A DNA stretch of 64,000 bases from an uncultured Chloroflexia bacterium (GTDB lineage Bacteria; Chloroflexota; Limnocylindria; Limnocylindrales; CSP1-4): assembly GCA_963768655.1 (NCBI GenBank), contig CAVYIM010000008.1:33584-97583 (forward strand). Reading direction: 5' to 3'. A program made the translations under genes and the position numbers. The notes below the pieces were generated by a model, which was not told the DNA's origin, made no database searches, and worked only from the letters and a program-made list of their open reading frames with translations. Positions 20,234 to 29,845 of this stretch are shown here, one piece after another; within the stretch, counting starts at the first letter, position 1, and each line of letters starts with the position of its first letter.

Positions 20234-21652
20234 GTGGCGATCCGCAAGTGCGTGCCGCTGCTGGCCCCCCTGCTCGCACTGGTCTATTTGCTGATGCCTG
20301 GCGGCGCGGAGCCGGTTCTGGCGGACGCGCGCCCTTCCATCGTCAGCATCACGCTCGATGCCAACAACCATGCCGTCGTGACGTGGAGCAAGGAGCCGTG
20401 GCAGGGGTCCATCGACGTCAAGTGGAGCACCGGCGATGGGACGGTCGCCGCGCCGTATGCGAACTGGGACACGCACTACGGTCTCCCGCTGGTGGACTGC
20501 TATGGCCAGCCACTCGCCGGTAACCCGTTCGGTGGTGACTCGACGAAGGGCCAGTGGATCTACGGCCAGCACTGCAAGGGTCAGGACGTCTCCGACGCGG
20601 CGACCACGGCCACGACGTGGGACGCGCTGCTCCCCGGTGTCTACTACTTCCAGGTCGCAGTTAACGGCGAGAACCACGAGACCGGCCAGCCCTGCAGCTA
20701 CAAGGACAAGGGCCTGCCCACCGAGTGCCTGTCACCGCACTACTCCGACGTAGGCCGGCTCACCGTCCTGGCGGAAGCGAGCAACTCACCGCCCGCGTCG
20801 CCCGGGACGAGCGCACAACCCGCGCCGAGCGTTCAGCCCGGATCGAGCGGCGGGTCGGGCCCCACCACTCCGCAGGCCATGAACGGCCCCGGTCGCTTCG
20901 TGGTGGCCGGGGGCGGGCGCGTCGATGTCGGGGCCGGCGGCCAGGTCATCTCCAACCCGCCTTTCAACCTCGATGTCCGCCACGGAATGATGCACCTGCA
21001 GGAGGACCCGGTCAGCTTCCACTGCCCGCCCTGGACGCGGCCCTACTCGCCCGAGACGACCCTTGCGGACTGGATCGGCGTGCGGTGTCGCACCGTGACC
21101 ACGCCCCAGGCCGGCGTCCTCGTGATGGGCACGGAGTTCAGCGTCACGGTCTCTGACTCGGAGACCATCTTCTGGGTCTTTGAGGGCCAGATCGAGATCT
21201 CCGACCTGTTCCACAGGGACGCGGTCCTGGTCGGGCCGGGCCAAACCACCACGGTGCTCTCGGACAAGACTCCCACCACGCCAGTCGCGTTCGATACAAG
21301 CGACGACTCGTTGCGCTGGTGGGATGCTGGTCCCTCCGACGCCGAGATCGCGGCGATCATCTTCGTCTCGGTGAGCCTGTTCTTCCTCGCGTACTTCCTG
21401 CCCGCCATCGCGGTCCTGGTCCGCCGTCCCATGCACTGGCAGCTCGTCGGGCTGCTCGACCTCCTCGCCGCCTGGACGGTCATCGGCTGGATAGTGGCCC
21501 TGGTGCTCGCCTTCGCCCTGCCCATGGCCGGTTCGGCCGCCACGGGGCCGCCGGTACTTTCTCCGGATGAAAGGTGGTGGTGGGACGGGCACGCCTGGCG
21601 CCCCGTTCCCACAGAGCCGCAGGCTGCATGGACGCGAAGCGGCCGTGCCTAG
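20234..21652 (+). CDS. Membrane protein: signal peptide, Cys-containing domain, FecR-like domain, superinfection-immunity-like TM domain, SPDxxWWWDG tail
   Basis: VTTPQAGVLVMGTEFSV..VFEGQIEI (FecR-like); YFLPAIA..LLAAWTVIGWIVAL (Imm-like). Confidence 0.75.
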   Translation: MAIRKCVPLLAPLLALVYLLMPGGAEPVLADARPSIVSITLDANNHAVVTWSKEPWQGSIDVKWSTGDGTVAAPYANWDTHYGLPLVDCYGQPLAGNPFGGDSTKGQWIYGQHCKGQDVSDAATTATTWDALLPGVYYFQVAVNGENHETGQPCSYKDKGLPTECLSPHYSDVGRLTVLAEASNSPPASPGTSAQPAPSVQPGSSGGSGPTTPQAMNGPGRFVVAGGGRVDVGAGGQVISNPPFNLDVRHGMMHLQEDPVSFHCPPWTRPYSPETTLADWIGVRCRTVTTPQAGVLVMGTEFSVTVSDSETIFWVFEGQIEISDLFHRDAVLVGPGQTTTVLSDKTPTTPVAFDTSDDSLRWWDAGPSDAEIAAIIFVSVSLFFLAYFLPAIAVLVRRPMHWQLVGLLDLLAAWTVIGWIVALVLAFALPMAGSAATGPPVLSPDERWWWDGHAWRPVPTEPQAAWTRSGRA

Positions 21653-21761
21653 GAGTGGTACTGGCCTCAGAGCAATCCCGCTACCAGAGGAAACCGCGAT
21701 CCACGATGTTGTCCCACCACGATGGCCTGTTCGCGGGCGCCCCACGGCTCTCCGCCGCTCC

Positions 21762-22349
21762 CTACTTCCAGTAGCCCGTGATATCGAGTGCGACGTGACC
21801 CGAGGCTCCCAGAGCGACATCGAAGCCGTTGGCCTCACTGTGGCCGGAGGCGACGTTGAGGGTAGAGGTGGTCGGAGTGGCGACGGTCTCGGGTGATACG
21901 AGAGCCCAGCCTGCCGATGAGGGAGATAGGACGGTCAGGTTGCCGCTGATGCCGGCGGCGCCAGTTGGGACACCGCCGGTACCGACGATGGTGAAGAGTC
22001 TCGCGCTCCGGCTCGCGAAGGTACCCGACAGTCCGAGACTGACCGAGGAGTCGAGAACCCGAACCGGTGCGATCGGGTAGTAGGACAGACCACCGGTCCC
22101 TGCGGTGATCGAGTCTTCGCCATGGGCATCAGATGCTTCCACGAAGAAGCTGCATGGCGTGCCGGCCGTCACGCTAGGGTCGAGGTTGTCATAGGAATCG
22201 AAGTGCGTCGCCCCACCTGTCTCCCCTCGGACGGTCGCCGACGTCGCTGTGAACAGCCCGGCCACCAGGACGGCAGCCGCGAGAATCGCCCTGACTGGCG
22301 CCGCCCCGGCTCGCGGTCGACGACCCCAGCGTGACATCGATGCACCCAC
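21762..22349 (-). pseudogene. Internally deleted third member of the DITGYWK secreted protein family
   Basis: Signal peptide and partial Ig module fused to last domain; extra 42-bp deletion (GHVALDITGYWK); related GGAGCGGGGT RBS region. Confidence 0.7.
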
Positions 22350-22748
22350 GGTACCCCGCTCCTTCCCCGCGGTCGCGTCGCAACGGACTGGGCCGGCGGG
22401 GATCAGGGGCAAGCGGGATGCCATCATGGCGATGCGATCAACAGGGTCGCGATCTGGCTCGCCTCCGGATCTCTCCTCCCGCACTCGGCGCCATACGTCG
22501 CGCGTACCTCGCGATGTGGCCCAATGCCTAGCATCGGCATAGCCGGTGCCCAGCCCGACGCGGGGTCTTTGGCAGCGAGGCGCGCGTTCCACGGTCAGAC
22601 TGGAACAACCCGCGGCCGCCAACCCCGCGGCAGGCCGACTCGAACGGCTGGCCCGTGTTTAGATTCGCCCATCCTCGTGACCGCCTCAACGTCGCGACTC
22701 GCGATCGCCGCGCGAACTCGTCATCGGTTCTGCCGGAAGGAGAGAGCT

Positions 22749-23309
22749 GTGGGCCAGGAAAAGGACCGGATGATTCGAGGCGAGCTGTACTACGCGTCCG
22801 ATCCCGAGCTGATCGCCGACCGCCTGCGCGCCTCGTTGCTGTGCGAGCGGTTCAATGCCACGAGCGCCACCCAGGACGCCGAACGGCGCGCGATTCTCCA
22901 GGAATTGCTCGGGCACGTCGGCGAGGACGTCATCATCCTGCCGCCCTTCAGGTGCGACTACGGTTACCTGCTGAGCATCGGCAAGAGGGCATTCATCAAC
23001 TACAACGCCATCATCCTCGACAGTGTCCCGGTGTCGATCGGCGAACGCACCTGGATTGGGCCCGGCCTGCAGCTCTATACCGCGACCCACCCACTCGACG
23101 CGGCGACTCGCACCGCACCGCGCCCCCTGGAGTCGGCTGAGCCGATCACGATCGGGGACGACGTCTGGCTGGGCGGCGGCGTCATCATCCTGCCGGGCGT
23201 CACCATCGGCGCGGAGACTGTGATCGGCGCGGGCAGCGTCGTCACCCATGACATCCCGCCGCGGGTCGTCGCCGTGGGCAATCCCTGCCGCGTGATCCGA
23301 CAGCTCTGA
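22749..23309 (+). CDS. Maltose/galactoside O-acetyltransferase family
   Basis: PPFRCDYG, TATHP, ITIGDDVWLGGGVIILPGVTIG, AVGNPCRVIR. Confidence 0.93.
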   Translation: MGQEKDRMIRGELYYASDPELIADRLRASLLCERFNATSATQDAERRAILQELLGHVGEDVIILPPFRCDYGYLLSIGKRAFINYNAIILDSVPVSIGERTWIGPGLQLYTATHPLDAATRTAPRPLESAEPITIGDDVWLGGGVIILPGVTIGAETVIGAGSVVTHDIPPRVVAVGNPCRVIRQL

Positions 23310-23363
23310 GTTGCGGGCGGTGGCCAAGTGCGGGGTCGGGCGCCCGGCGCGCCGGGATCGGAG

Positions 23364-23654
23364 CTAGGTAGACGCCGGCCGCGAACCTTTGGAGACGTAG
23401 TCGAAGAAGCGCTCGGTGACCCCGCCGGCAGTCCACGCCGCCCGCAGGCGGGTGCGACGCTCGACGCGGCGGAGGGCGGAGAGCAGGGACCGATTGAGTT
23501 CCTTGGCGGATTCGCCGGAGTGTGTGGCCACCACGTGGAAACCGTCCGGGGTCGGCGTGATCTCTCCGTCGACCAGACGGCGGAGCATGGGTTCGATCGC
23601 CGCCGGGTCGGCCGAGCTCACGTCCGCCACGAGATCGAAGCTACGAGTGCTCAT
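23364..23654 (-). CDS. Small hypothetical protein
   Basis: 96-aa ORF with normal codon bias, co-oriented with neighbours. Confidence 0.7.
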   Translation of the reverse strand: MSTRSFDLVADVSSADPAAIEPMLRRLVDGEITPTPDGFHVVATHSGESAKELNRSLLSALRRVERRTRLRAAWTAGGVTERFFDYVSKGSRPAST

Positions 23655-23724
23655 CGCCGCATTGTCGCGCGGCGAGATCGGGGACGCCGCCAGGCCGTTG
23701 CGCGCCGAGGTGGCTGCGAGCCGG

Positions 23725-24666
23725 TCAGCGTTTGGCAGGTGGATCTTGCCACCAGCCGGCCTCGTTCTCGAATGCGGCGGCCACCATTCCCTCGCGCAGA
23801 CCTTCCGGTACCACGGTCAGCTCGTCCAGGCCGTAGTGGGCCAGGATGGCCGCGATGATCAGCAGACCGGGCGGCAGGATGGCCACGCGGGCCGGATCTT
23901 CCGCCCTGCGGCGGGCGACCTTTCGAGCCGGATCCGCCAGGAGGCGGGCGGCCAGCGTGGACAGCTCGGCCATGGCCAGACGTTGATCACCGGAGCGACC
24001 CTTTGTCCGCTCGAGGCCGGCCAGGTTATGGGCCGAGCCGCCGGTCGCCCAGGCACGGACCGGCTTGCCGGCCGGAGCCAGCGCGAGAGCGGACCCGATG
24101 CACACGCCAACCAGGGCCCAGCTCAGGGCCTCGGGCGGGTCGCCGCGAAGATCCGCACCCAGGAGAGCCGCGCCGACCGGCAGCGACGCGGCCGCGACCG
24201 CACGGCGGCCTTCGGTCAGGGTCACCTCGGTCGACGCTCCGCCCGAGTCGATGAGCAGTTGCGAGCCTGTGGGATCGAGTCGGCGGGACGCGCCGGCGAG
24301 GCCGAGCGCCGCTTCTCGTGCTCCCGTGAGGACGCGCACCGGCTCACCGAGCTCAGTCGACAGTCGTGCGACGAGGGCCGGCCCGTCGGTCGCCCGCCGC
24401 AATGCCTCGGTGGCCCCGATGACGACTCGGTCGCTGCCCCGTCGGGCGCGCTTCAGGTAGCTGGTCACATAGCCTTCGAGCCGCGTGGCCGCCCGCTTGC
24501 CAACCGCCCCCGTCGTGGCGACGAGCCGGCCGAGCTCGATGAGCTCGCCTCGTTGCTCGACGTCGCTCACGAGCGGGCCTTCGGACGAGCCCGAAACGTC
24601 GGCGATCAGGAGGTGGACTGTGTCGCTGCCGATGTCGATGGCCGCGATACGGATGCGCTCGCCCAA
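23725..24666 (-). CDS. Ppx/GppA phosphatase family protein (short form)
   Basis: AAIDIGSDTVH, ATEALR, DSGGASTE, GLREG; TTG start after AGGAGG. Confidence 0.88.
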   Translation of the reverse strand: MGERIRIAAIDIGSDTVHLLIADVSGSSEGPLVSDVEQRGELIELGRLVATTGAVGKRAATRLEGYVTSYLKRARRGSDRVVIGATEALRRATDGPALVARLSTELGEPVRVLTGAREAALGLAGASRRLDPTGSQLLIDSGGASTEVTLTEGRRAVAAASLPVGAALLGADLRGDPPEALSWALVGVCIGSALALAPAGKPVRAWATGGSAHNLAGLERTKGRSGDQRLAMAELSTLAARLLADPARKVARRRAEDPARVAILPPGLLIIAAILAHYGLDELTVVPEGLREGMVAAAFENEAGWWQDPPAKR

Positions 24667-24871
24667 GGCGTGACCTCCTGTCGTTGTCCGGCCGCTGCGG
24701 GTCCGAGCCCCGTCTCGCGAGGACAAGGCTCCATGAGGTCCCCAGCATGCGGGTGCCCTTCGACGCGATGATCGTCAGCCGGACACCGTCTCACGTCAAG
24801 CGATACACGACGATCGCGGCGATCCCTGCGGACCCACGCGAGACCCGCTGTTCGAGATGCTCGGCGCGCAA

Positions 24872-24982
24872 CGACCACTCGGCCCCCGCCTCCGGTCCGG
24901 TTGCCGAGTGGTCGGTTGCCGAGTGGTCGGTTGCGGTCGCTTTGCTGTCGGCCTGGCCGCTTCGCTGTCGGCCTGGCCGCTT
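24872..24982. repeat. Short tandem and inverted repeat cluster
   Basis: CGGTTGCCGAGTGGT x2.5 (24898-24934), inverted partner 24872-24883, GCTGTCGGCCTGGCCGCTT x2 (24944, 24964). Confidence 0.8.
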
Positions 24983-26207
24983 ACCCTGGTTCCTCCTCGC
25001 CCCAGCCGTCCCAGAAGTGCTTGATCTCCTGCCAGGCCTCTTCGGTGGTGGCCTCGCCCTGGTAGAAGGCGCCCTGGAATTCGATCGCCGGAGGTGTGAA
25101 GGCACCGCGCTTCACGAGCCGCTTGATGTTCCCACGGTAGATCTCGTCCACGGACTCGTGCGTAAGCGGGTCTTGATTCATCCACAGATTCTTGGGATGG
25201 ATCGGCTCTTCGTACATGCGCCGGAAGACTTCGGTGCGCAGGTCCTTCATCCAGTTGCTGTTCAGGTTCATCGCCCGGAACTGACGGAGGGCCTCGATGT
25301 CGAGGACTGCGGCCACCATCGTGTTGGCGCCCGAAGCCGAGTAAGACATGATGTTGCCGTAGTAGTCGACGATGTGTGAGTTGCCGCCCGCGATGTCGAC
25401 CGGATGGCGCATCTTGGGATGCAGATACACCGGGCCGACGTTCGGGCAAACCATGTACAGGCTGTTGAATTGGGCGTGGCCGCGGTTCTGGATCATCCAG
25501 CCGCCCCCACCCGGGTACGAGTTGCCGGTCATCGGCATCGCCTCGCTGGGGCGATACACCACCTCGGCGCCGTTGAACGCGAGAGCCCGCACGGCCTCCG
25601 GGTATTCGCCGTCGCTGCAGCAGATCGTGCCGACGTTGCCGATGTCGTCCGTCCGGAGGACCGGGTAGAACGCATCGATGCCGTCGCCGAATAGCTCCAC
25701 CCATCGGTCGTAGACGTCATGTGGGACGCAGGAGCGCTCGCGGCACCAGATGTGGTTCTTCGCCGCTCGATGCACCACTTCGCCAGCCGGCGAGATGATG
25801 AAGAGAGTGTTGAAGAACCGGTTGTCCATGACTTCCGGCCAGCGCGCCTTGCACTGCACGATGATGTACGTCTGATACATCTTCGCCAGCCCGGCGAGAC
25901 GATCTGTCTCGGGCCCAGGAATGTCGATGAACAGCTCGCGTGCGGCCAGGGTGTGTGGCAGGTCGAAGGCTTCATCCGTGAAGCCGGTGAGGGCTCCTTC
26001 CGCGAGGGCAATCAGCTTGACCGGCATGTTGATGTTCACCATCGACATGGCGGCGTGCATGTTGTCCTCGATGATGTCGAGGTTGACCTTGATGTGCTTG
26101 CGCTCGGCCACACCGTAGACGATCGTCGAGAGGCCGACGGCCATATACGGCGCAACCGGCTTGCGGGCGGACCCTGGGGTCCGCCCGCCCGCGTCGGTGC
26201 CGGACAT
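24981..26207 (-). CDS. Nitrilase-superfamily carbon-nitrogen hydrolase
   Basis: E-K-C triad contexts LAEGA, RAAKNH, TICCSDG. Confidence 0.88.
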   Translation of the reverse strand: MSGTDAGGRTPGSARKPVAPYMAVGLSTIVYGVAERKHIKVNLDIIEDNMHAAMSMVNINMPVKLIALAEGALTGFTDEAFDLPHTLAARELFIDIPGPETDRLAGLAKMYQTYIIVQCKARWPEVMDNRFFNTLFIISPAGEVVHRAAKNHIWCRERSCVPHDVYDRWVELFGDGIDAFYPVLRTDDIGNVGTICCSDGEYPEAVRALAFNGAEVVYRPSEAMPMTGNSYPGGGGWMIQNRGHAQFNSLYMVCPNVGPVYLHPKMRHPVDIAGGNSHIVDYYGNIMSYSASGANTMVAAVLDIEALRQFRAMNLNSNWMKDLRTEVFRRMYEEPIHPKNLWMNQDPLTHESVDEIYRGNIKRLVKRGAFTPPAIEFQGAFYQGEATTEEAWQEIKHFWDGWGEEEPG

Positions 26208-26208
26208 G

Positions 26209-27633
26209 TTAGAGGTGAGTCTCCTTGAGCTCGGGGAGCGGCAGGCGGAAGAACCGGCTCGTCCACACGACATACGCGATGCCGATGAGCAGCCAGGCGA
26301 TAGGAATCAGCTCAGCCGGGTCGCTGGGCCACTGCAGCACGAACAGCCAGTTGATGCTCGAAAGCTGGGTCCACAGCCACAGGATGACGAAGGCGCCGAT
26401 GCCGGGTGCGACCAGGTAGCGCAGCAGATCCTTCGGCGAGCGCCGGCCGCCCCGGATGACGAAGTGGCCGATGACCGCCAGGTTCACCAGCGTGAACGCG
26501 AACAGAGCCCCGAAGTTGATCATGGCCAGAATCGTGTTGAGGTCGCGCGTACAAGCGAACACGGCCAGGACCGCAATGATCCCGACGTTGATCACCGGCG
26601 CCGCGGTCTTGGGGTGCAAATAGCCGAAGATCCGTTTCGGGATCACGCCGTCCCGGCCCATGCCAAAGAGCAGGCGCGAGGCGCCGCCGGTGGCGTCTAT
26701 CGCGTTGGCCAGCGCGGCCGCGATGACCGCATACGACAGGACCGTCGAGAGGAGGTTCCCGCCGGCGACGGCGAAGATGACCGAGAAGGCCGAGCCGTCC
26801 TGCGGAAGGCCGGCCCAGTTCGGGTAGACGAGCTGGGCGAAGTAGGCCTGGACGATGAACAGGAAGGTGACGATGACCAGGGAGATGACCATCGCCAGGG
26901 AGACGCTGCGCCCGGGATTGTGAGTCTCCTCGGCCAGCGTGCTGATCGCGTCGAAGCCGAGGTAGGAGAAGCATGCAATGGCCGTGCCGGCCAGCAGGGC
27001 GTTGAACGTGAGGCCGTCGCCGAAGAACGGCTTGGTGGAGATGATCGTGCCCTCGCCGGTTCCGCCGTTCAGCGTGCCGATCGAGGCAACCACGAACCAG
27101 GCGATCACGATCAGGCAGATGATGACCAGGAAGGCCGAAACGCGGGCCAGCCACTTGACTTCCACCAGGTTGAAGATCGTCACGACGGCGATCGCGGCGA
27201 TGACCCAGAACCAGTAGTCCCAACCCTGGAACAACCCCACAGTCCCAGCCAGCTGCTGGGCGAAGGCGGCGATGATGATGAAGTTGAGCGTGGGGAAGAG
27301 CAGGTAGTCGAGCATGATCGCCCAGCCGGCGAGCAGCCCGAGGTACTGGTTGAGCCCGTTTCGGGTGAATGTGTACGTCGAGCCGGCCTTGGGGAACGCG
27401 CCGGCCATTGCCCCGTAACTCAGGGCGGTGAAGAGCATGGCGACCATGGCCACGAGATAGGCCGCCGCCATATGGCCCGCGGTCGACCCGCTCACCGCGG
27501 CGTAGACCGCGATGGGCGCCAGCGGGAACATCATCATGACGCCGAAGACAACTAGATCCCGGGTCGTGAGAACCCGTTTCAGGCCGACTCCCTCGGCCGG
27601 TGCGCCCCCTTGATCCCCAGCGGCGACGGACAT
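26209..27633 (-). CDS. APC family amino acid/polyamine permease
   Basis: AFPKAGSTYTF, SYLGFDAISTLAEE, SRLLFGMGRDG; GAGGAG RBS. Confidence 0.93.
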   Translation of the reverse strand: MSVAAGDQGGAPAEGVGLKRVLTTRDLVVFGVMMMFPLAPIAVYAAVSGSTAGHMAAAYLVAMVAMLFTALSYGAMAGAFPKAGSTYTFTRNGLNQYLGLLAGWAIMLDYLLFPTLNFIIIAAFAQQLAGTVGLFQGWDYWFWVIAAIAVVTIFNLVEVKWLARVSAFLVIICLIVIAWFVVASIGTLNGGTGEGTIISTKPFFGDGLTFNALLAGTAIACFSYLGFDAISTLAEETHNPGRSVSLAMVISLVIVTFLFIVQAYFAQLVYPNWAGLPQDGSAFSVIFAVAGGNLLSTVLSYAVIAAALANAIDATGGASRLLFGMGRDGVIPKRIFGYLHPKTAAPVINVGIIAVLAVFACTRDLNTILAMINFGALFAFTLVNLAVIGHFVIRGGRRSPKDLLRYLVAPGIGAFVILWLWTQLSSINWLFVLQWPSDPAELIPIAWLLIGIAYVVWTSRFFRLPLPELKETHL

Positions 27634-28043
27634 GCGCTCACTCCTCTTCCGAAGGGCCTCCAAGAGCTATTCCCCCCGAAACCGCCGTCAGATCGAGGAC
27701 CGGACGCTCCATGTGGTCGGCCGGTCGAGCAACGCCGGCCCGGGCAGGCCGGCTGGCGACCGGGGAAGAGAGACGCGCGACCGCGAACGGCCGCCAGCCC
27801 GACGGGACGAGGAGAGGGAGTCGGCGCAGCTGCAGGCGGCCGTCGAACCTGACCTCAAGGGCGGGCGGACGAGCACGGGACCCCGAATGGCGACGTTGGG
27901 CGTGCCCACACGCGCTTATTACATTGCCTTCTGGAGCCTGTCACGGGCTCTTTGAACACACATTGGGGCCGTAGGTCACTGGCGGCCGCGGCGGTGACGA
28001 TCGAGCTGGGTCGGCAAGGGCCGACTCGCCTGCCCACGGTCGA

Positions 28044-29672
28044 TCACGCGCTGATCGCCGACGACTGCGCCAGCACCGCGCCGGAGGCGTCCAGGGCTCT
28101 GACGGCGACCAGGCGCGGCCGGCCTGGAACGACGACGGCGGTTTCGAAGCCCGAACGGGGCCGCGAACCGAGCGGCACGAGCGACTCCGCGGAATCGCCG
28201 CCGAGGGCGACCCACGCCGCCACGTCCGTCGCTCCGTTCCAGCTGGCATAGATCGTGGTGTTGAAGGGATCGCCTTGCTCCACGGCAACTGCCGGCTGAT
28301 CCGGCGGCTGGCCCTGCCAGATGAATCGGAGGGCGCGATAGGAGGTCGAACCGTCGGGCAGGCGCGCATCCAGTGCGGTGCTACCATCGGCCGCGAACTC
28401 CGTGAAGAACGGCTGATCGCCCCACCCAACCAGGACGTTTCCATTCGGCAAGGGCTGCATGCTGCCCTGGCTGTTCGCCAGGATGCCGCCGAGATGGGTG
28501 TAGGCCTGGCGTAATGTCGCGGTGTGGGCCGACTCGTCCACATCGAGGACCAGGCCGCGCGACTGACTCTCCGTCGGCGGTTTCGATCCGTCGCTGCCGT
28601 CATCGAAGAGTGTTATCGAGCCGTCCGGCTGGCGCCGGGCATCGTGCTGCCAGGCGAACTGCGTGCCTGCGCCCATCGCGAAGTCGCTCAGCTTCCCGCC
28701 GAGCCGCCAGATCACGGCGCCGCTCCGCCTGTCGATCTTGTACACGGTCCACGTGTGGCGGGCCGAGATGATGAAGTTGCCGTCCGTATCGACGTCGATC
28801 GAGTTGATGTGGAAGTAGTCGAATGGCTGGCCGGCTGAAGGTCCGACGTACGACTCGCTCGGATCGACATGGTCCGCGCTGCGCCATTCGAAGAGAAGCT
28901 GTCCGGTGGCGATGTCGACCTCCTGCACGATGGACTCGAGCAGTTGCGCGCCTCCCGGTGTCGCCCCCGGTGACGTCCCCGAAGTCGGTGCCTGCGTCGC
29001 CCCTGGCGTGGCCCCTGGAGATGCCACCGGGATCGGGCGCGGCGCATATGCGGTGAACAGCGCGGTCCCCTCGGGCGTTGTTATGAACTCGTGGAGATCG
29101 CCCATCAGCCCGTTGGCGGCGCGGACGTGGGCGACCTCGGAATATGATCCGTCGGCCAACACGTACTCGCCCTGCCCGGTCCCCAGGACGAGGGCGCCTT
29201 CCCACCACGTGAGAACCGGAGCCCCCCGGTACGTCCCGACCCGCAGGTTGAACGCCCGCTTCCCCGGAGTGGGATGGATCCAGATGGGCGAGCCGGTGTT
29301 GTCGACGATCACGGGTCCCGGCGCGGAGGCCGGTGTCAGGAATACCTGCCCGGCCGCAGCCTGAAGTCCGGGCGCGGTGACTGAGATGAGCGGACTCCAG
29401 AGATCCGGTCGTGAGCGGTAGCTTTGAGAGCCTGGCGGGAGTGAGGGCATGGGCGTTGGAGGCATCGCGGAAGGTAGCGGCGCTTCCGACTCGGCGCGCC
29501 AGTACCCAAGCGAGGACAGGCCGACAACGACGCCGCCCGCAACTGCGGCGCGCAGGAAGGCACGGCGGGTGAGGCGCGGCCCGCCGCCCATGGGTGTCCG
29601 CGTGGCATGACCTGCCCGCAGCTCCCCGCTGCTCGGTTCGCTGGGTCCTCCGCTGCCGGCGTCGTCGCTCAT
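28044..29672 (-). CDS. Tat-exported arylsulfotransferase (ASST) family protein
   Basis: TRRAFL Tat motif; DLHEF, DYFHINS, ISARHT, WQHDAR. Confidence 0.88.
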   Translation of the reverse strand: MSDDAGSGGPSEPSSGELRAGHATRTPMGGGPRLTRRAFLRAAVAGGVVVGLSSLGYWRAESEAPLPSAMPPTPMPSLPPGSQSYRSRPDLWSPLISVTAPGLQAAAGQVFLTPASAPGPVIVDNTGSPIWIHPTPGKRAFNLRVGTYRGAPVLTWWEGALVLGTGQGEYVLADGSYSEVAHVRAANGLMGDLHEFITTPEGTALFTAYAPRPIPVASPGATPGATQAPTSGTSPGATPGGAQLLESIVQEVDIATGQLLFEWRSADHVDPSESYVGPSAGQPFDYFHINSIDVDTDGNFIISARHTWTVYKIDRRSGAVIWRLGGKLSDFAMGAGTQFAWQHDARRQPDGSITLFDDGSDGSKPPTESQSRGLVLDVDESAHTATLRQAYTHLGGILANSQGSMQPLPNGNVLVGWGDQPFFTEFAADGSTALDARLPDGSTSYRALRFIWQGQPPDQPAVAVEQGDPFNTTIYASWNGATDVAAWVALGGDSAESLVPLGSRPRSGFETAVVVPGRPRLVAVRALDASGAVLAQSSAISA

Positions 29673-29845
29673 CTGTCGGCTCCTGTGGTGGGGGAGTCAT
29701 TCGACGCGGCGAACCCTGAAGTCATGCTGAAGTTGCCAGCTCATCCCAGGGCGCGCAACGATCCGCGGGGGCTTTGCGCTCCCGATCGCTTCTGCCCTTG
29801 GCCGCCGTCAGCACGGCGTCCGTCGCAAGCGCCGAGTAGTCGAAG

